Shown one piece after another: positions 18,219-28,683 of a stretch of DNA of 64,000 bases (positions within the stretch are counted from its first letter, which is position 1; each line of letters opens with the position of its first letter). The position numbers were made by a program, and so were the translations under genes. Source of the DNA: an uncultured virus (IMG/VR IMGVR_UViG_2917045514_000007). Taxonomy: Duplodnaviria > Heunggongvirae > Uroviricota > Caudoviricetes. Below the pieces are notes generated by a model, which had not been told where the DNA came from, made no database searches, and saw only the letters and a program-made list of their open reading frames with translations. The DNA is taken from positions 1-64,000 of IMG/VR virus record IMGVR_UViG_2917045514_000007. One strand, written 5' to 3'.

Positions 18219-20111
18219 TCAATAGCTGTAGTTGTAACTGGTCTGCGTGCTTTCGCTCTTGCTTTCCTGAGTACTGGCACTTCCGGTTCCGCTGATGCTG
18301 GCCGATACATGTGCCGCCGACATGGCACCGGCTGCGAGCTGAGCGGTGTATTGCCCCAGGGCCTTCGCCGCCTCCAGAGCGATCTGAGCCTGCTGTACAG
18401 CGTTCTGCATCTTCGCCGTGTACTCGCTGATCTGCATTTCCGCGTAAGCGATGTTGGTCCGACTGTTCATGTCGGCAAAGCGAGATTGCATTTCGGCGTC
18501 GGCCACGTTGGCACTGGCCGCTGCGCGCCAGGCTTCTACTTGGGCCTGGAACACCGACGTGTTGTACTGCACCTCGCTCAGGTTGGCCTGCAGGGTGGCC
18601 TTGTAGGCGTCCACGTCGGCCAAGAACTTCGACACCTTGGTGCGCGCCGCTTCCATCCTGATCTGCGCTCCCTTGACCTTGACATCGGCCTTGTTCGCCA
18701 GCCCCTGGATGGTTGAAGCGTAGGCACGGGCCTGCGCATCGAGCACATCCGCCTTGGCCGACTCGCCCTTGACGCGGGCCTCGTAGGCGTCGAACTTGAC
18801 CTTCTCGGCGCCGATCTGCTCGGCATACGCCTGCACGTCTGCGCGGTAGGCATCGAACTGGTTCTTGATCGTCTCGGCGCGCACTGAAGCGCCCTGCATC
18901 AGCGCCTTGTAGACCTCGACGCTCGACTGTACGGCGTCCAGCTTGGCCTTGAACACCTCGACGCGCTGCTGGTTGATCTGCCCCAGCGCCACCTGGCCCT
19001 CCACGGCGGTCTTGTAGGCAGTCAGCTTGGAGATAGCCGCATCCAGCTTGGTGCGGTAGACCTGCGCCAGCGTCTCGAAGGCCGCGTTCTGCGCGTTGAA
19101 CAGGCTGATCTGCGCGTTGAACACGTTGATCTGGCTTTCCGCGTGGAAGCGGGCGACCTCGAACAGGCGCTGCGCCATGTTCTGGTGCATGTTCTCGGTC
19201 AACTGCTCGAGGGCCAGGCCCTGCTGCACGGCGAAGCGCAGGTTCTCGATTTCCCAGGTGGCCGCCTGAACTAGGATGTCGCGGTTCAGCTCGGCCGCTT
19301 TCAGCCGGCCCTGCTCGCGCACCACGTCCACCTGCCTGGCGAGCATCCCCGGCGGCATGGAGAAGTTACGGGCGGCCCAGGTATCAACCGCCTCCTGCAC
19401 GGCGCGGGTGGTTTCACCGCTGTCGCGCTCGCGGGAGCGGGCGAACAGCGCCTGCTCGATGGGTACAGGCAGGCCGGTGCCGCCCGCCATCAGTTCCTTG
19501 ATCTTCGCTTGCAACTCGTCCAGCACCTCGGACTGGTACTCCGGTTCCAGCCAGTTGATGAAGACGTTGGGCACCGTGATCCCGCTCGCGTCCGGCGGCG
19601 TGGCATCGAACGTGGGCAACTCGGGGAACACGAATTCCGGCAGGCGGATCTGTTCCAGCACTTCCATGTCCGGCATGGCGATCTGCGGCGCGTCGGGAAT
19701 CTCCACCGTGGTGTCGATGTCCGGGCGTTCCGGCACCGGGATGGCCGTCATGCTCGGCGCGTCCGGGATGTTGATCGGGATCATGGTCGGCGCGTCGGGC
19801 AGGTCGTCCATGTCGCCCACGTCCAGGTCGGCCAGCAGGTCGTCGATGTTCAGGCCGCCAGGGGCTTCCGGCTTGACCAGCGAAGACGGGTTGTAGGTCG
19901 GCTGCTCGCCCAGGTTGACGGGCGGCGGCGAAGCGATAGGCGCATCCGGCCGCGTCGGTGCCGGCACGTCAGCCACCGTGATGTCGCCGATCTTCGCCAG
20001 CGCGGCGGACAGTTCTGCGCTGTACTTGCTGCCCAGCGCCTCAAGATCGTTCATCTTGTCCGTAACGGTGTCCACCGCTACGCCAAGGATACTATCCGGT
20101 GCGATACCCAT
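18219..20111 (-). CDS. virion structural protein (Pro-rich N-terminus, long coiled coil)
   Basis: 630-aa ORF within the coupled late operon. Confidence 0.7.
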   Translation of the reverse strand: MGIAPDSILGVAVDTVTDKMNDLEALGSKYSAELSAALAKIGDITVADVPAPTRPDAPIASPPPVNLGEQPTYNPSSLVKPEAPGGLNIDDLLADLDVGDMDDLPDAPTMIPINIPDAPSMTAIPVPERPDIDTTVEIPDAPQIAMPDMEVLEQIRLPEFVFPELPTFDATPPDASGITVPNVFINWLEPEYQSEVLDELQAKIKELMAGGTGLPVPIEQALFARSRERDSGETTRAVQEAVDTWAARNFSMPPGMLARQVDVVREQGRLKAAELNRDILVQAATWEIENLRFAVQQGLALEQLTENMHQNMAQRLFEVARFHAESQINVFNAQISLFNAQNAAFETLAQVYRTKLDAAISKLTAYKTAVEGQVALGQINQQRVEVFKAKLDAVQSSVEVYKALMQGASVRAETIKNQFDAYRADVQAYAEQIGAEKVKFDAYEARVKGESAKADVLDAQARAYASTIQGLANKADVKVKGAQIRMEAARTKVSKFLADVDAYKATLQANLSEVQYNTSVFQAQVEAWRAAASANVADAEMQSRFADMNSRTNIAYAEMQISEYTAKMQNAVQQAQIALEAAKALGQYTAQLAAGAMSAAHVSASISGTGSASTQESKSESTQTSYNYSY

Positions 20112-21275
20112 TCACACTCTCCTGTTGGTCGGCGCCGATTCGACGCTCAAGTCGTTGATGTAGGCGCGCTGGCCCGTCAAGCGCAGCGTGAAGGCGAAGT
20201 GCCTGCCGCGCAGGCCGCGGCCGAACTTGAACCGGCCGTTAGTCAGTTCGTCGGCGGGCTCGCTCTCTAGCGGGTAGCTGTAGGTCGCGGCGGCGCCGCT
20301 TTGCGTGGTGGTCACGTCCATGGTGACCTGGCCGCCGGCGGCCAGGTCGTATTCCAAGTAGGCGGTATGCGGATGCACTAGTGCGCCCTGCCCCAGGTCC
20401 AACTTTCCGGTGGTGATGCTGCCCGCCACGGCGTCGCTGCCGCCTTCCAGGGCATAGACGCCATCCGCAGCGATACCGTAGACCTTGCCGTCGATCACTG
20501 CCAGCGAGCTGAAGGTGTACGGGGCATAGCGGCTCATGGCCCAGCTATCGACGTTGGCCGTCCAAGCCAGGCCGCCGTCCTGCTCGCCGCCCACGGGTTC
20601 GCCATCGACCAGAGCGAAGTCCGTCACTAGGTCACGTGCGGCCAGGTGGTCCAGTACCATGGCGGCGACGCGGGCGCCATCAACCAGCAGTTCCTGGACG
20701 GCCTGATGGGCGTCCAGCACCTCGTCGGATAGCGCGGCGGTGTCCGTCAGCAACACGCGAGCATGCAGCCTGCCGAAAGCCTCGTCGCTCGCCAGGGCGC
20801 TGTCTTCGAACAGCGCGGCAGCGACCTGGCCCGTGCTGTCGCTGATGCGCGCGGAATCGACCACCAGCGTGAAGGTGTGGCGGGTGCCCAGCGCCTCGTC
20901 GCTCAGGTGGGCGTTGTCCACGGCCAGGCTGCGAACGCGCTCTATCACGGCATCGGAGACCACTGCACCATCGGTATACAGCACGCGCAGCGTGCCGGTG
21001 ACGCGATCACCCGCCGTAGCCGTTTCAACCACCAGCACCCTGGCGCGCAACTGGTCGGTCACCTCGTCGCTGGCGTGTGCTTGGTCCGCCAGGAGGTGCC
21101 CCGGACGGTCAATTGCCTCGTCGGAAGCCACCGCGGTGTCGGTATGCAGCACCAGCAGGCCGAACAGCACCGTCTCGCTGATCCTGGCGGTTCCCTCGCT
21201 GATCGCGGTCAGGCCGATCCAGGCCGAGTCGCTGATTACCGCCGTGTCGTTGGAATCGTCGCGGTAGTCACTCAT
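20112..21275 (-). CDS. virion structural protein with D-x-A-x-x-SD repeats
   Basis: 387 aa, periodic repeats, coupled to its neighbours. Confidence 0.7.
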   Translation of the reverse strand: MSDYRDDSNDTAVISDSAWIGLTAISEGTARISETVLFGLLVLHTDTAVASDEAIDRPGHLLADQAHASDEVTDQLRARVLVVETATAGDRVTGTLRVLYTDGAVVSDAVIERVRSLAVDNAHLSDEALGTRHTFTLVVDSARISDSTGQVAAALFEDSALASDEAFGRLHARVLLTDTAALSDEVLDAHQAVQELLVDGARVAAMVLDHLAARDLVTDFALVDGEPVGGEQDGGLAWTANVDSWAMSRYAPYTFSSLAVIDGKVYGIAADGVYALEGGSDAVAGSITTGKLDLGQGALVHPHTAYLEYDLAAGGQVTMDVTTTQSGAAATYSYPLESEPADELTNGRFKFGRGLRGRHFAFTLRLTGQRAYINDLSVESAPTNRRV

Positions 21276-23865
21276 TGATAACCCCTATGAAGTGGTGGGC
21301 CGCCTTGTGATCGGCAAGTGCGGTATGCCCCCAGCGGCGGCGCAGTCCATCCTGGCCCGTCTCGTAGATGCTGGCGTACCGGGCGTCGCCGATGGCGACA
21401 TGCACGGCGTCGCGGTAGAAGTAAAAGTCGTTCTCGGGCGAGAAGCCCCAGTACCACGAGTGCGGCATGTCCTTGTTGACCTGAACAGCGCCGGCCACGG
21501 ACAGGCACACACTCAGGCGCCCGCTACTCTCGTTGGGGTACTGGGTGTCCTTCCGGTACGGATCGAAGCCTGGCGCCTCGCCGCCGATGATGACGCCGTT
21601 GGCGTTGTGGACGGAGTTGCGGTAGGTGTACGGCCCACAGATGCCCGTGACATCCAGAAACCCGCCAGGTGGCAGGTTCAGCCAGTTGCCACTCTCGGCG
21701 AAGTCGCTGATTTCGGTGGGGCTGTAGACCAGCGTGTCGACATAGACAGGCACCCCATCCTTGGATGGCGGGTCGCCCCGGTTCCCGTTCCGCGTCTGCC
21801 CCATCCAGTGCCAGATGTCGTCGTAGCACCAGAGTTCGTAGGACGTGGGATCAGGCACAGAGCCCTGCGTCGTTTCCTCGTGGGAACTGCGTCCCCCGGT
21901 ATGGTCCTGGTAGGCGTAGAGCATGCAATCGCGCTCGAACACCGGCACCAGCGCCGCCACGTCCAGGGTAAACGTCTCGGTAGTGTCTACCGTGGTGCGG
22001 TGCATGTAATACCTGGACCGGCTCACGCCGCCGACGCACCAAAGCGTCGGCGGAGTGGAGTAAGCCGGGTTGCCGTAGCCCATATCGGTGCCGACGATGT
22101 TGGTATGGACCGTTACCGCCGGCTGCTCCTGCCGATCGTCGAAGTCGGTCGTGTAGAAGAACCCCATCAGCCCGCTGAGGCCGAAGGTCTCGGTCTTCTC
22201 CCACTGGCCGACGATCATGTACTGCTCGAACGTACTTGTCGTTTCCTGCTGGAACTTGCGTTCGTCGTAGAAATACTTGATGACACGCAATTGGTCCTCG
22301 ACATAGCAGCCGAAGACTATGGTGTCGCACTTCACTGCGCCGCCGGAATAGTCGGGCGAGATGTGCGGGAAGGACTCGCACCCCTGCCCCGTCAGTTCGG
22401 GGAACTTCAGGCGGGTGCAGGACTTCAAGACCTTGGACGGCCAGTAGAAAGGGCCACTGGCGACGCGCGACACTCGGCCCTGGTGGGTGGCGATGGGAGG
22501 TAGTTCCAGGCTGTCCCAGTAGTCCAGATCCGGGCCGCTGGCCGAAGAGGCGCGCGAGAGAATCTCACCAGCCGGCACCCGCCGAATCTTATACTTGATG
22601 GCCAGTTCTCTGGCGGTGCCATCGGTCAGCGCGCCATAGACCTGGGCCAGGTAGGCGTTGAGTTTCGCTGCATCGTCTGGATCATCGAAATTCCAGGTGT
22701 TCTTCAGTCGCCCCTGGTTCTCCGCCGGGGCCAGCGACAGACTCATCTTGTACGCATGGACCTGCATCAGGCCGGCGTCGTCATAGGTCCAGCAGGTGTT
22801 GAAGCCCTCGGTGCCTCGGCTGTTCACCGCCCAGCCACACGCCGCGTACATGGCCTCGAAATTGTAGAAGTCGGCGGTGTCGCAGACCTTGACGATGACG
22901 CCGGCCCGGCGCCACGCCTCGAACTCCTGTTCCGGCTGTGGGAACCCCTCACCAGTAGGCATGCCGCCGAAGCGGTCCAGAAGCTTCAGCAGCTCGTCGT
23001 CACCAACATCCAGCACGTAGTCACGGAAAGCCTCGGTGGTGGTGGCCGGCACCACAGGAAGCGGCATCGCGTAGACGCCCCGCGCATTGATCTGCAGCAA
23101 CCACGGACTGTTGCCGGCATCGAAAGCGACGGCGTTGCAGCGGCTGGCGAGGTAGTCACATTTGAACTGGCCTTGCTCGTCCGGAAAGCCTGTGTAGGCC
23201 GGCAGCCGAACGTTGCCGACTTCCTGGCGGATGCGGTGCATGTAGCGCTCAGGAATCAGCATCCTTGCGCGCTCAAGGTCGTCCTCTGGCAGTTCGGCCA
23301 TGACCTGCCGCCCATATCCGCCAGCCACCTGCATGACCTCGGCCATGGCGCCGCTGTACCAGGTCGGGCGCTGCTTGACGTACTGAGTGAATGTGTAGAT
23401 GCCCTGCTCGCGCGGCTCGAAGTATTGGAAACGAGGTTCGTACTTGATGACGAAGCGTTGCAACGCCACGTCCTTCGGCGGAAGCGCCGCTTTCGGGTCG
23501 TAGGCCACCAGCCGGCGCCGGGCCTGCTCGGTCAACCTTATGCCAACGCCCTGCCCATCGGTCAGCACCTGGGCGCGGGTGATGACGCCGGAGAACAGCA
23601 TGGGGATGTTGGTCTGTGCCACCCCGTCGAAACGGAATTGCGGAAGCTCATGCTGCTCGAGCACCAGGATGCGAAACACTCCGCCCATGTCGATGGCCAC
23701 CGCCTGCCGGCCGCTGGGCAGGCCCGCAACGCGCTTCAGGTTGGCGAGGTCAGACGCCTGCTTGAAGTTCGTCAGGTTCCTGGCCAGCCGCTCGACAGCG
23801 GCGGCATCGTCGGCGGAAAGCTCCGCGTCTTCCGCGAAACGTCCGTAGGGGCGCGGCGAATACAT
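21268..23865 (-). CDS. virion structural protein (865 aa)
   Basis: Long aromatic, beta-rich ORF in the tail region. Confidence 0.7.
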   Translation of the reverse strand: MYSPRPYGRFAEDAELSADDAAAVERLARNLTNFKQASDLANLKRVAGLPSGRQAVAIDMGGVFRILVLEQHELPQFRFDGVAQTNIPMLFSGVITRAQVLTDGQGVGIRLTEQARRRLVAYDPKAALPPKDVALQRFVIKYEPRFQYFEPREQGIYTFTQYVKQRPTWYSGAMAEVMQVAGGYGRQVMAELPEDDLERARMLIPERYMHRIRQEVGNVRLPAYTGFPDEQGQFKCDYLASRCNAVAFDAGNSPWLLQINARGVYAMPLPVVPATTTEAFRDYVLDVGDDELLKLLDRFGGMPTGEGFPQPEQEFEAWRRAGVIVKVCDTADFYNFEAMYAACGWAVNSRGTEGFNTCWTYDDAGLMQVHAYKMSLSLAPAENQGRLKNTWNFDDPDDAAKLNAYLAQVYGALTDGTARELAIKYKIRRVPAGEILSRASSASGPDLDYWDSLELPPIATHQGRVSRVASGPFYWPSKVLKSCTRLKFPELTGQGCESFPHISPDYSGGAVKCDTIVFGCYVEDQLRVIKYFYDERKFQQETTSTFEQYMIVGQWEKTETFGLSGLMGFFYTTDFDDRQEQPAVTVHTNIVGTDMGYGNPAYSTPPTLWCVGGVSRSRYYMHRTTVDTTETFTLDVAALVPVFERDCMLYAYQDHTGGRSSHEETTQGSVPDPTSYELWCYDDIWHWMGQTRNGNRGDPPSKDGVPVYVDTLVYSPTEISDFAESGNWLNLPPGGFLDVTGICGPYTYRNSVHNANGVIIGGEAPGFDPYRKDTQYPNESSGRLSVCLSVAGAVQVNKDMPHSWYWGFSPENDFYFYRDAVHVAIGDARYASIYETGQDGLRRRWGHTALADHKAAHHFIGVINE

Positions 23866-23869
23866 CGGC

Positions 23870-24460
23870 TTAGACAGTCAGGTTCAGCCGGTAGCCGATA
23901 TCGTAGGTGTCGCCGTTCTGGAACACACGAGTCGCCGCGTACTTCGACGCCGATACCAGCGCACCCGTGGTGCCACCCTTGGTGCTGTTGGTCAGCAACG
24001 CGGCGCCGTTGACGTTGAGTTGCGACGCCGTGGCGATGGTTACGGTCGCGACCGCGTTCATGTTGTCGATGGAACCGGTAGCGGTATCGGTCGGCGTCCA
24101 GGCTGGGCGGGTAGCGCTGGTGTAACCCTCGGTCATGCTGGTGATCTCCGAGGCCACCGCGGCGAAGTTGGCGGCGGTCCAGTTGGCAGCAGGTGCTGCC
24201 GTCCCGGCGAACAGGGCCAGGAAATACGACACCTTGGGCTTGCTGCCCAGCGCAATGTTGAGGATGTGCGCCAGGCCCTCGGTGGGGATCAGGTTGTCAC
24301 CTTCCTTCTCCCACTCGCCGCTGTTGATGCGGCCGAAGTATTCGCCACCGGCCAGTACGCTGAGCCGCGGGAAGGCAATGCCGTTTTCGGTGATGTCGAA
24401 GCTACCAGTGGCCAGGTCGGCGGCCAGTTCTTTGCGCAGAGCGCTGCTAATGCGTTGCAT
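23870..24460 (-). CDS. virion structural protein (196 aa)
   Basis: Thr/Ala/Gly-rich beta protein with RBS, in the tail region. Confidence 0.7.
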   Translation of the reverse strand: MQRISSALRKELAADLATGSFDITENGIAFPRLSVLAGGEYFGRINSGEWEKEGDNLIPTEGLAHILNIALGSKPKVSYFLALFAGTAAPAANWTAANFAAVASEITSMTEGYTSATRPAWTPTDTATGSIDNMNAVATVTIATASQLNVNGAALLTNSTKGGTTGALVSASKYAATRVFQNGDTYDIGYRLNLTV

Positions 24461-24527
24461 AGGGTTCTCTCCGAAGTCCCATGCCGCACTCCTGCGCAGC
24501 GATTGAAGGCCCGATATTCGGGGTGAT

Positions 24528-25718
24528 TCAGCTTACAGCCGTCAGCAGACGGCGGTCGAACACTACAGAGGTACCGGCACGGCCGGTGATACCGGTGAGC
24601 ACGCCCGCATGAACTTCGGCGATGGCGCCACTGCTGGTGCCCATGACGTAGCCGTTCTCCGCCAGCCACACGGCGACCGGCGAGCCATCCGGTGATGCGT
24701 TGGTGCCTACCGCCTCGGCGGGGACCAGGATCGCACTACCAGGCACCGGAGCCCGCGATGCACGGCGCGACACGCTCAGGCTTGCCGGGTCGATACCATC
24801 GAGAAAGGCGACGTGATCAACCTGCCCCACCCAGATCCCGCCGTCCACCGGCTGCAGGAAGGTAATGCGCTGGGGCATCTGCACGAACCCGTAACGCTCA
24901 TCATGCAGGTGGTACGTCAGCGCTTCGGAGAATCGCAGCACGTTAGCGCGCGCGGTCAGCAGGCGCCCGCGCCAGTACGCCAGGTACTTGCCGGTGGGCA
25001 TGGGCGACAGGTGGCGGAACTGCGCCGGTCGACCCAGCTCCGGTAGCGTCGGCAGGATGAGCGTGGCCGCGCCCAGCGGGTAGTCGCCGGCCAACAGCAA
25101 CTCGCCGCCATTCGCTCGCGTCAGGTAGAGGCGCGCGCCGGTAACGCTGGCATCCAGGCACAGCGGAAAGGTGACTTCCAGCGCGCCGGCATCGGTCACG
25201 TCCGCGAAGGCGATCAGCGACGGCGCCGACTCTTGGGGGCCGCGCAGCCACGCCACAGCCGCGCCGTAGGTGCCTTGACTCAACGATCCGGCGCCTGCCA
25301 CCAGCAGCGGCGGCGCCGGGGTGTCCAGCGTCAAGCGCTCGGCCTTCGCGCCATCGTAGGTGAAGATGCCCGCCGTTCCGGCGACGCACACCCGATTGTT
25401 CAGCACCTCGTGGGACAGGTCCCCTTCGCCGATCTGTGCGAGCGGCTCGAACGTCCATGAATGCGGATCGACCTTTCCCCACTGGTCGCCCAGGGCGCCG
25501 AAGGCGTCGCCGTGCAGTGGGCTTTGCCAGAGTTGGCGGAACGGCTGGTCCGTGACCTGGCGCGAAGAGGCCCGCAGTTGCGCCTTGCCGGCCGGCGACA
25601 GGTCTATGTTCACCGCGTCACGCACATAGAGCCTCGGGCTCTCGCCGCCGCGTTGCAGCGCGGCATCTTCGGCGACGTTGTTGATGCCGGCCAGCGGCAC
25701 CAGGGAAGTCGTGGCCAT
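24528..25718 (-). CDS. tail/stabilisation-type structural protein (396 aa)
   Basis: Beta-rich; N-terminal GINN...AVNIDL motif reminiscent of podovirus tail proteins; coupled to the upstream gene. Confidence 0.6.
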   Translation of the reverse strand: MATTSLVPLAGINNVAEDAALQRGGESPRLYVRDAVNIDLSPAGKAQLRASSRQVTDQPFRQLWQSPLHGDAFGALGDQWGKVDPHSWTFEPLAQIGEGDLSHEVLNNRVCVAGTAGIFTYDGAKAERLTLDTPAPPLLVAGAGSLSQGTYGAAVAWLRGPQESAPSLIAFADVTDAGALEVTFPLCLDASVTGARLYLTRANGGELLLAGDYPLGAATLILPTLPELGRPAQFRHLSPMPTGKYLAYWRGRLLTARANVLRFSEALTYHLHDERYGFVQMPQRITFLQPVDGGIWVGQVDHVAFLDGIDPASLSVSRRASRAPVPGSAILVPAEAVGTNASPDGSPVAVWLAENGYVMGTSSGAIAEVHAGVLTGITGRAGTSVVFDRRLLTAVS

Positions 25719-28681
25719 CAGAAGGCTCCTTTGCGGTACTGATCGGCGTTGCCGTCAGGGCGGATGTAGTGGACACCTGGCCGCACATTGGGCACGCCCA
25801 CACCCACTGAATCCAACCCTACAGGTGCCACGGACTGGGCATTTGGACCCGGTGGGATGAAGACGTTGCGGACTCGCATGCGATCCGCGAAGTGCGACGG
25901 GTCGTATTCGCAGATGAACGACTCCCAGCCGTCCGGCTCAACCCCTCGTACCCGCAGCGAAACCCAGGCTGTGCCGAATGCTGATGTGTCGGTACCGCTT
26001 GGAATGGTCGGCATCGGCGGCCCAACATGCAGCGACTGCCACTGGTACGGACCCTCTCCACGCGAATACCCCATAGCCAGCGACGAGAGTCCGGTCATCT
26101 GGAGTCGACGATCCAGCAGCGATACCCATGTCGCCCCACCTGGGCCAGGGGCCAGCAGACCAGCAGGCCGAACCGTTTGCGGGCCGTAGTAGGGGCCACG
26201 GGCTACAGCAGGCGCCCCCAGTGACATCGAATCAGCACCGGCGAACTGCGCCACGAACTGGGTGCCATCACCCACGATCGCCCACCCCATGCGATACGCC
26301 TGCAGACCCCGCGGCTCTAGGTAGCGACGTTTCAGGTAGATCGCGTGCTCACCCACCTTCGACACGTCGCCCAGCGGGAATGGCTTGAGGATGCCCAAGT
26401 AGGTGCTGATGCGCGCCGAGCCGAACCGCTCGCCCGGAGGATAAACCAGCGTTTCCCCTACATAGTGCAGGTTACCGGCTGGATGGTTCTGCTTAGCCTG
26501 CTCGGGTGCCTCCTTCACCGCCCAGATGGTGTGCGGCGTGATGCGCGGCTTGGATGGCTGGAACACTTCAGCATCGGGCCACTCGTCCACCGTCAGCTTG
26601 CGCAGCTTCAAGCTCACGGCTGGCATGCCGTAGCCGTCCACCTTGATGCCAGCGTCGATGTTCACGCCCATGATGCGCACCGTTGGCTCCTCGATGTCCG
26701 GCGCCCGGATGCCTGTCGCGTACAGGACGTACTGATTCAGACCGGGCTTTCCGAGCACCGCTCCGGTGTTAACCGCCTGATCAACCATGATGTTCTGCGG
26801 CGAGTACGGCGGCGCGCCGGTCTTGGTCACCACCAGCTTGTCGCCCATCCTGAGCAGGTTGGTGCCTGGAACCGTGATGGTCTGCTTGCGGTCGGCGATC
26901 TTTGCCTGGCCGAACAACTGCATGTTGCTGCCGTCCGGCGCCACCGGACGCCATTGCAGGCGCACGAAGGCCGAACCGAATTCCTCGGCGTTCGCCCCGA
27001 AGGTCGCGACCTCCGGCGTCACGTTGTGGATGCGCGGATCGCCGAACAGGTCTTTGTGCGCCCACCTCGGCCCGATCGCGTTGAAGTGGATCGACAGAGC
27101 CGCCAGGCCCATGTTCAGCATGTCGTTGCTTGCCGGATCGACATAGCGCGTGTACAGCTTGACCTCGGGCAACTTGATATCCGGCGGCTCGATGCTGTAG
27201 CGCGGCTCGATGCTGATACCGCGAATGGCGAAATCGATGAACGCGATGCCGATATCCGCCGAGTCGAAGCCGCCGATGCGGTCGAAGTAACGCCGCGTGT
27301 TCTCCAGTCTCGCAACACCGAAAGCGCTTTGCGCATTCCCGGTCGGCACCAACACCCTCGCGCCGTTGTAGACGGCATGCCAATTCAGGATCGGCGGCGG
27401 TTCGATGCCTTCCAGCGGCAGGTAACGGCGGCCGTAGGCAATCATGGCTGCGGTGGTGATCTGCGGCGGCGCCACGCCGCCTGGCAGGATCGGCCTGGCA
27501 TTGTTGTCGATCTGCGGGAAGCCGGCTGGCGGCGAAGGCATGCCGATGGTGCCCACTTGACGGTTTCGGTTCTCCACCAGCGTCCACTGCGACCAGGGTG
27601 GCGGGTTCAACTCGCTGTCCGGGTCGTACTCCTGGACCACGTACTGGCGCAGGTTCCACACGTCTGCGCGGCCCCAGCGGTATTCTTCCTGGACGGTGCT
27701 CTGGAATCCGGCCGGCTCGGCAAAGGTGAGCCAGTTGTTGATCGCCTGCTGCCCCCACAACTCGGCGAAGCCTTGAGGCGCGACCGTCTGCGACTCGGGA
27801 ATGATCCGCGTGCCGAATGCCGAGGAATCCCAGCCTGGCGGCTCCAAGAAGCGCGTGCCGCCGACCATAGGTCTGGCCACGGCATCCAGAAACGTGCCAA
27901 TGGGCTCCAGAACGCGCGTTCCCTGACTGACCCATGCCGTCCCCATGCCTGGCGCTGGAACACCAGCATTGAGCTGCACGAACTGGCGTTCGTGGCTGAT
28001 GCGGTGGACATCCGGGATCGCGGTCGCCAGTAGGCCGCCAGGCTTCAGGTAGCGGGTGTACAGCCAAACCGTGGGATTCGCGCCCCACGGCGGCGGCGCA
28101 ATGTTGCCGGCCGCCACATAGCGGTTTCGGTTGATGATGTTCGCCTGCCCGCTTTGGTAGGCGACAAATCCGGTCGGCTGAACCGTTCGGTGCTTGTTCT
28201 GTGCGTTGTGGGATCCGATGACGTTCGAATTGAAGCCGTAGGCCGAAACGAACGTGCTGTACTTCCAAGCCTTGGCGGCGCCGAACACTTGGTGCGACGA
28301 TCCTACAGGCAACACAAAGCGATACTGAGTACGGATCGCCGGTGGCGGTACCATGGAATCGCTGAATCCGCCCGGGAAAACCGTTTGGCCCTCTACCGGC
28401 GGCAACTCACCCCACTGAAGCAGCACAGCATTGGACGCTGGCGGCACGTAGGCGGGGTCAACGGTAGAGAAGTCGAGATCCGCCGATGCGTGCGGGTCCG
28501 GAAGGATTGTCCGCACTACCCGGGCATCGCGCGAGAGCAGCGGTGGCTGAATGCCCCAAGCTCCGATGGTTCCTTCGGGAAGGTTCGCCGGCGGGCCGCC
28601 ACCCAGCGTGACGTTGCGACTGCTGGAGGGGACGTAGCCGCTGGGTACTGCGTCAAAACGCAGCTCTACGCCCGTGGTCAT
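25718..28681 (-). CDS. large repetitive tail protein (987 aa)
   Basis: Recurrent P-x-G...FG-x-A/P-x-V/I repeats; late operon. Confidence 0.7.
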   Translation of the reverse strand: MTTGVELRFDAVPSGYVPSSSRNVTLGGGPPANLPEGTIGAWGIQPPLLSRDARVVRTILPDPHASADLDFSTVDPAYVPPASNAVLLQWGELPPVEGQTVFPGGFSDSMVPPPAIRTQYRFVLPVGSSHQVFGAAKAWKYSTFVSAYGFNSNVIGSHNAQNKHRTVQPTGFVAYQSGQANIINRNRYVAAGNIAPPPWGANPTVWLYTRYLKPGGLLATAIPDVHRISHERQFVQLNAGVPAPGMGTAWVSQGTRVLEPIGTFLDAVARPMVGGTRFLEPPGWDSSAFGTRIIPESQTVAPQGFAELWGQQAINNWLTFAEPAGFQSTVQEEYRWGRADVWNLRQYVVQEYDPDSELNPPPWSQWTLVENRNRQVGTIGMPSPPAGFPQIDNNARPILPGGVAPPQITTAAMIAYGRRYLPLEGIEPPPILNWHAVYNGARVLVPTGNAQSAFGVARLENTRRYFDRIGGFDSADIGIAFIDFAIRGISIEPRYSIEPPDIKLPEVKLYTRYVDPASNDMLNMGLAALSIHFNAIGPRWAHKDLFGDPRIHNVTPEVATFGANAEEFGSAFVRLQWRPVAPDGSNMQLFGQAKIADRKQTITVPGTNLLRMGDKLVVTKTGAPPYSPQNIMVDQAVNTGAVLGKPGLNQYVLYATGIRAPDIEEPTVRIMGVNIDAGIKVDGYGMPAVSLKLRKLTVDEWPDAEVFQPSKPRITPHTIWAVKEAPEQAKQNHPAGNLHYVGETLVYPPGERFGSARISTYLGILKPFPLGDVSKVGEHAIYLKRRYLEPRGLQAYRMGWAIVGDGTQFVAQFAGADSMSLGAPAVARGPYYGPQTVRPAGLLAPGPGGATWVSLLDRRLQMTGLSSLAMGYSRGEGPYQWQSLHVGPPMPTIPSGTDTSAFGTAWVSLRVRGVEPDGWESFICEYDPSHFADRMRVRNVFIPPGPNAQSVAPVGLDSVGVGVPNVRPGVHYIRPDGNADQYRKGAF

Positions 28682-28683
28682 AG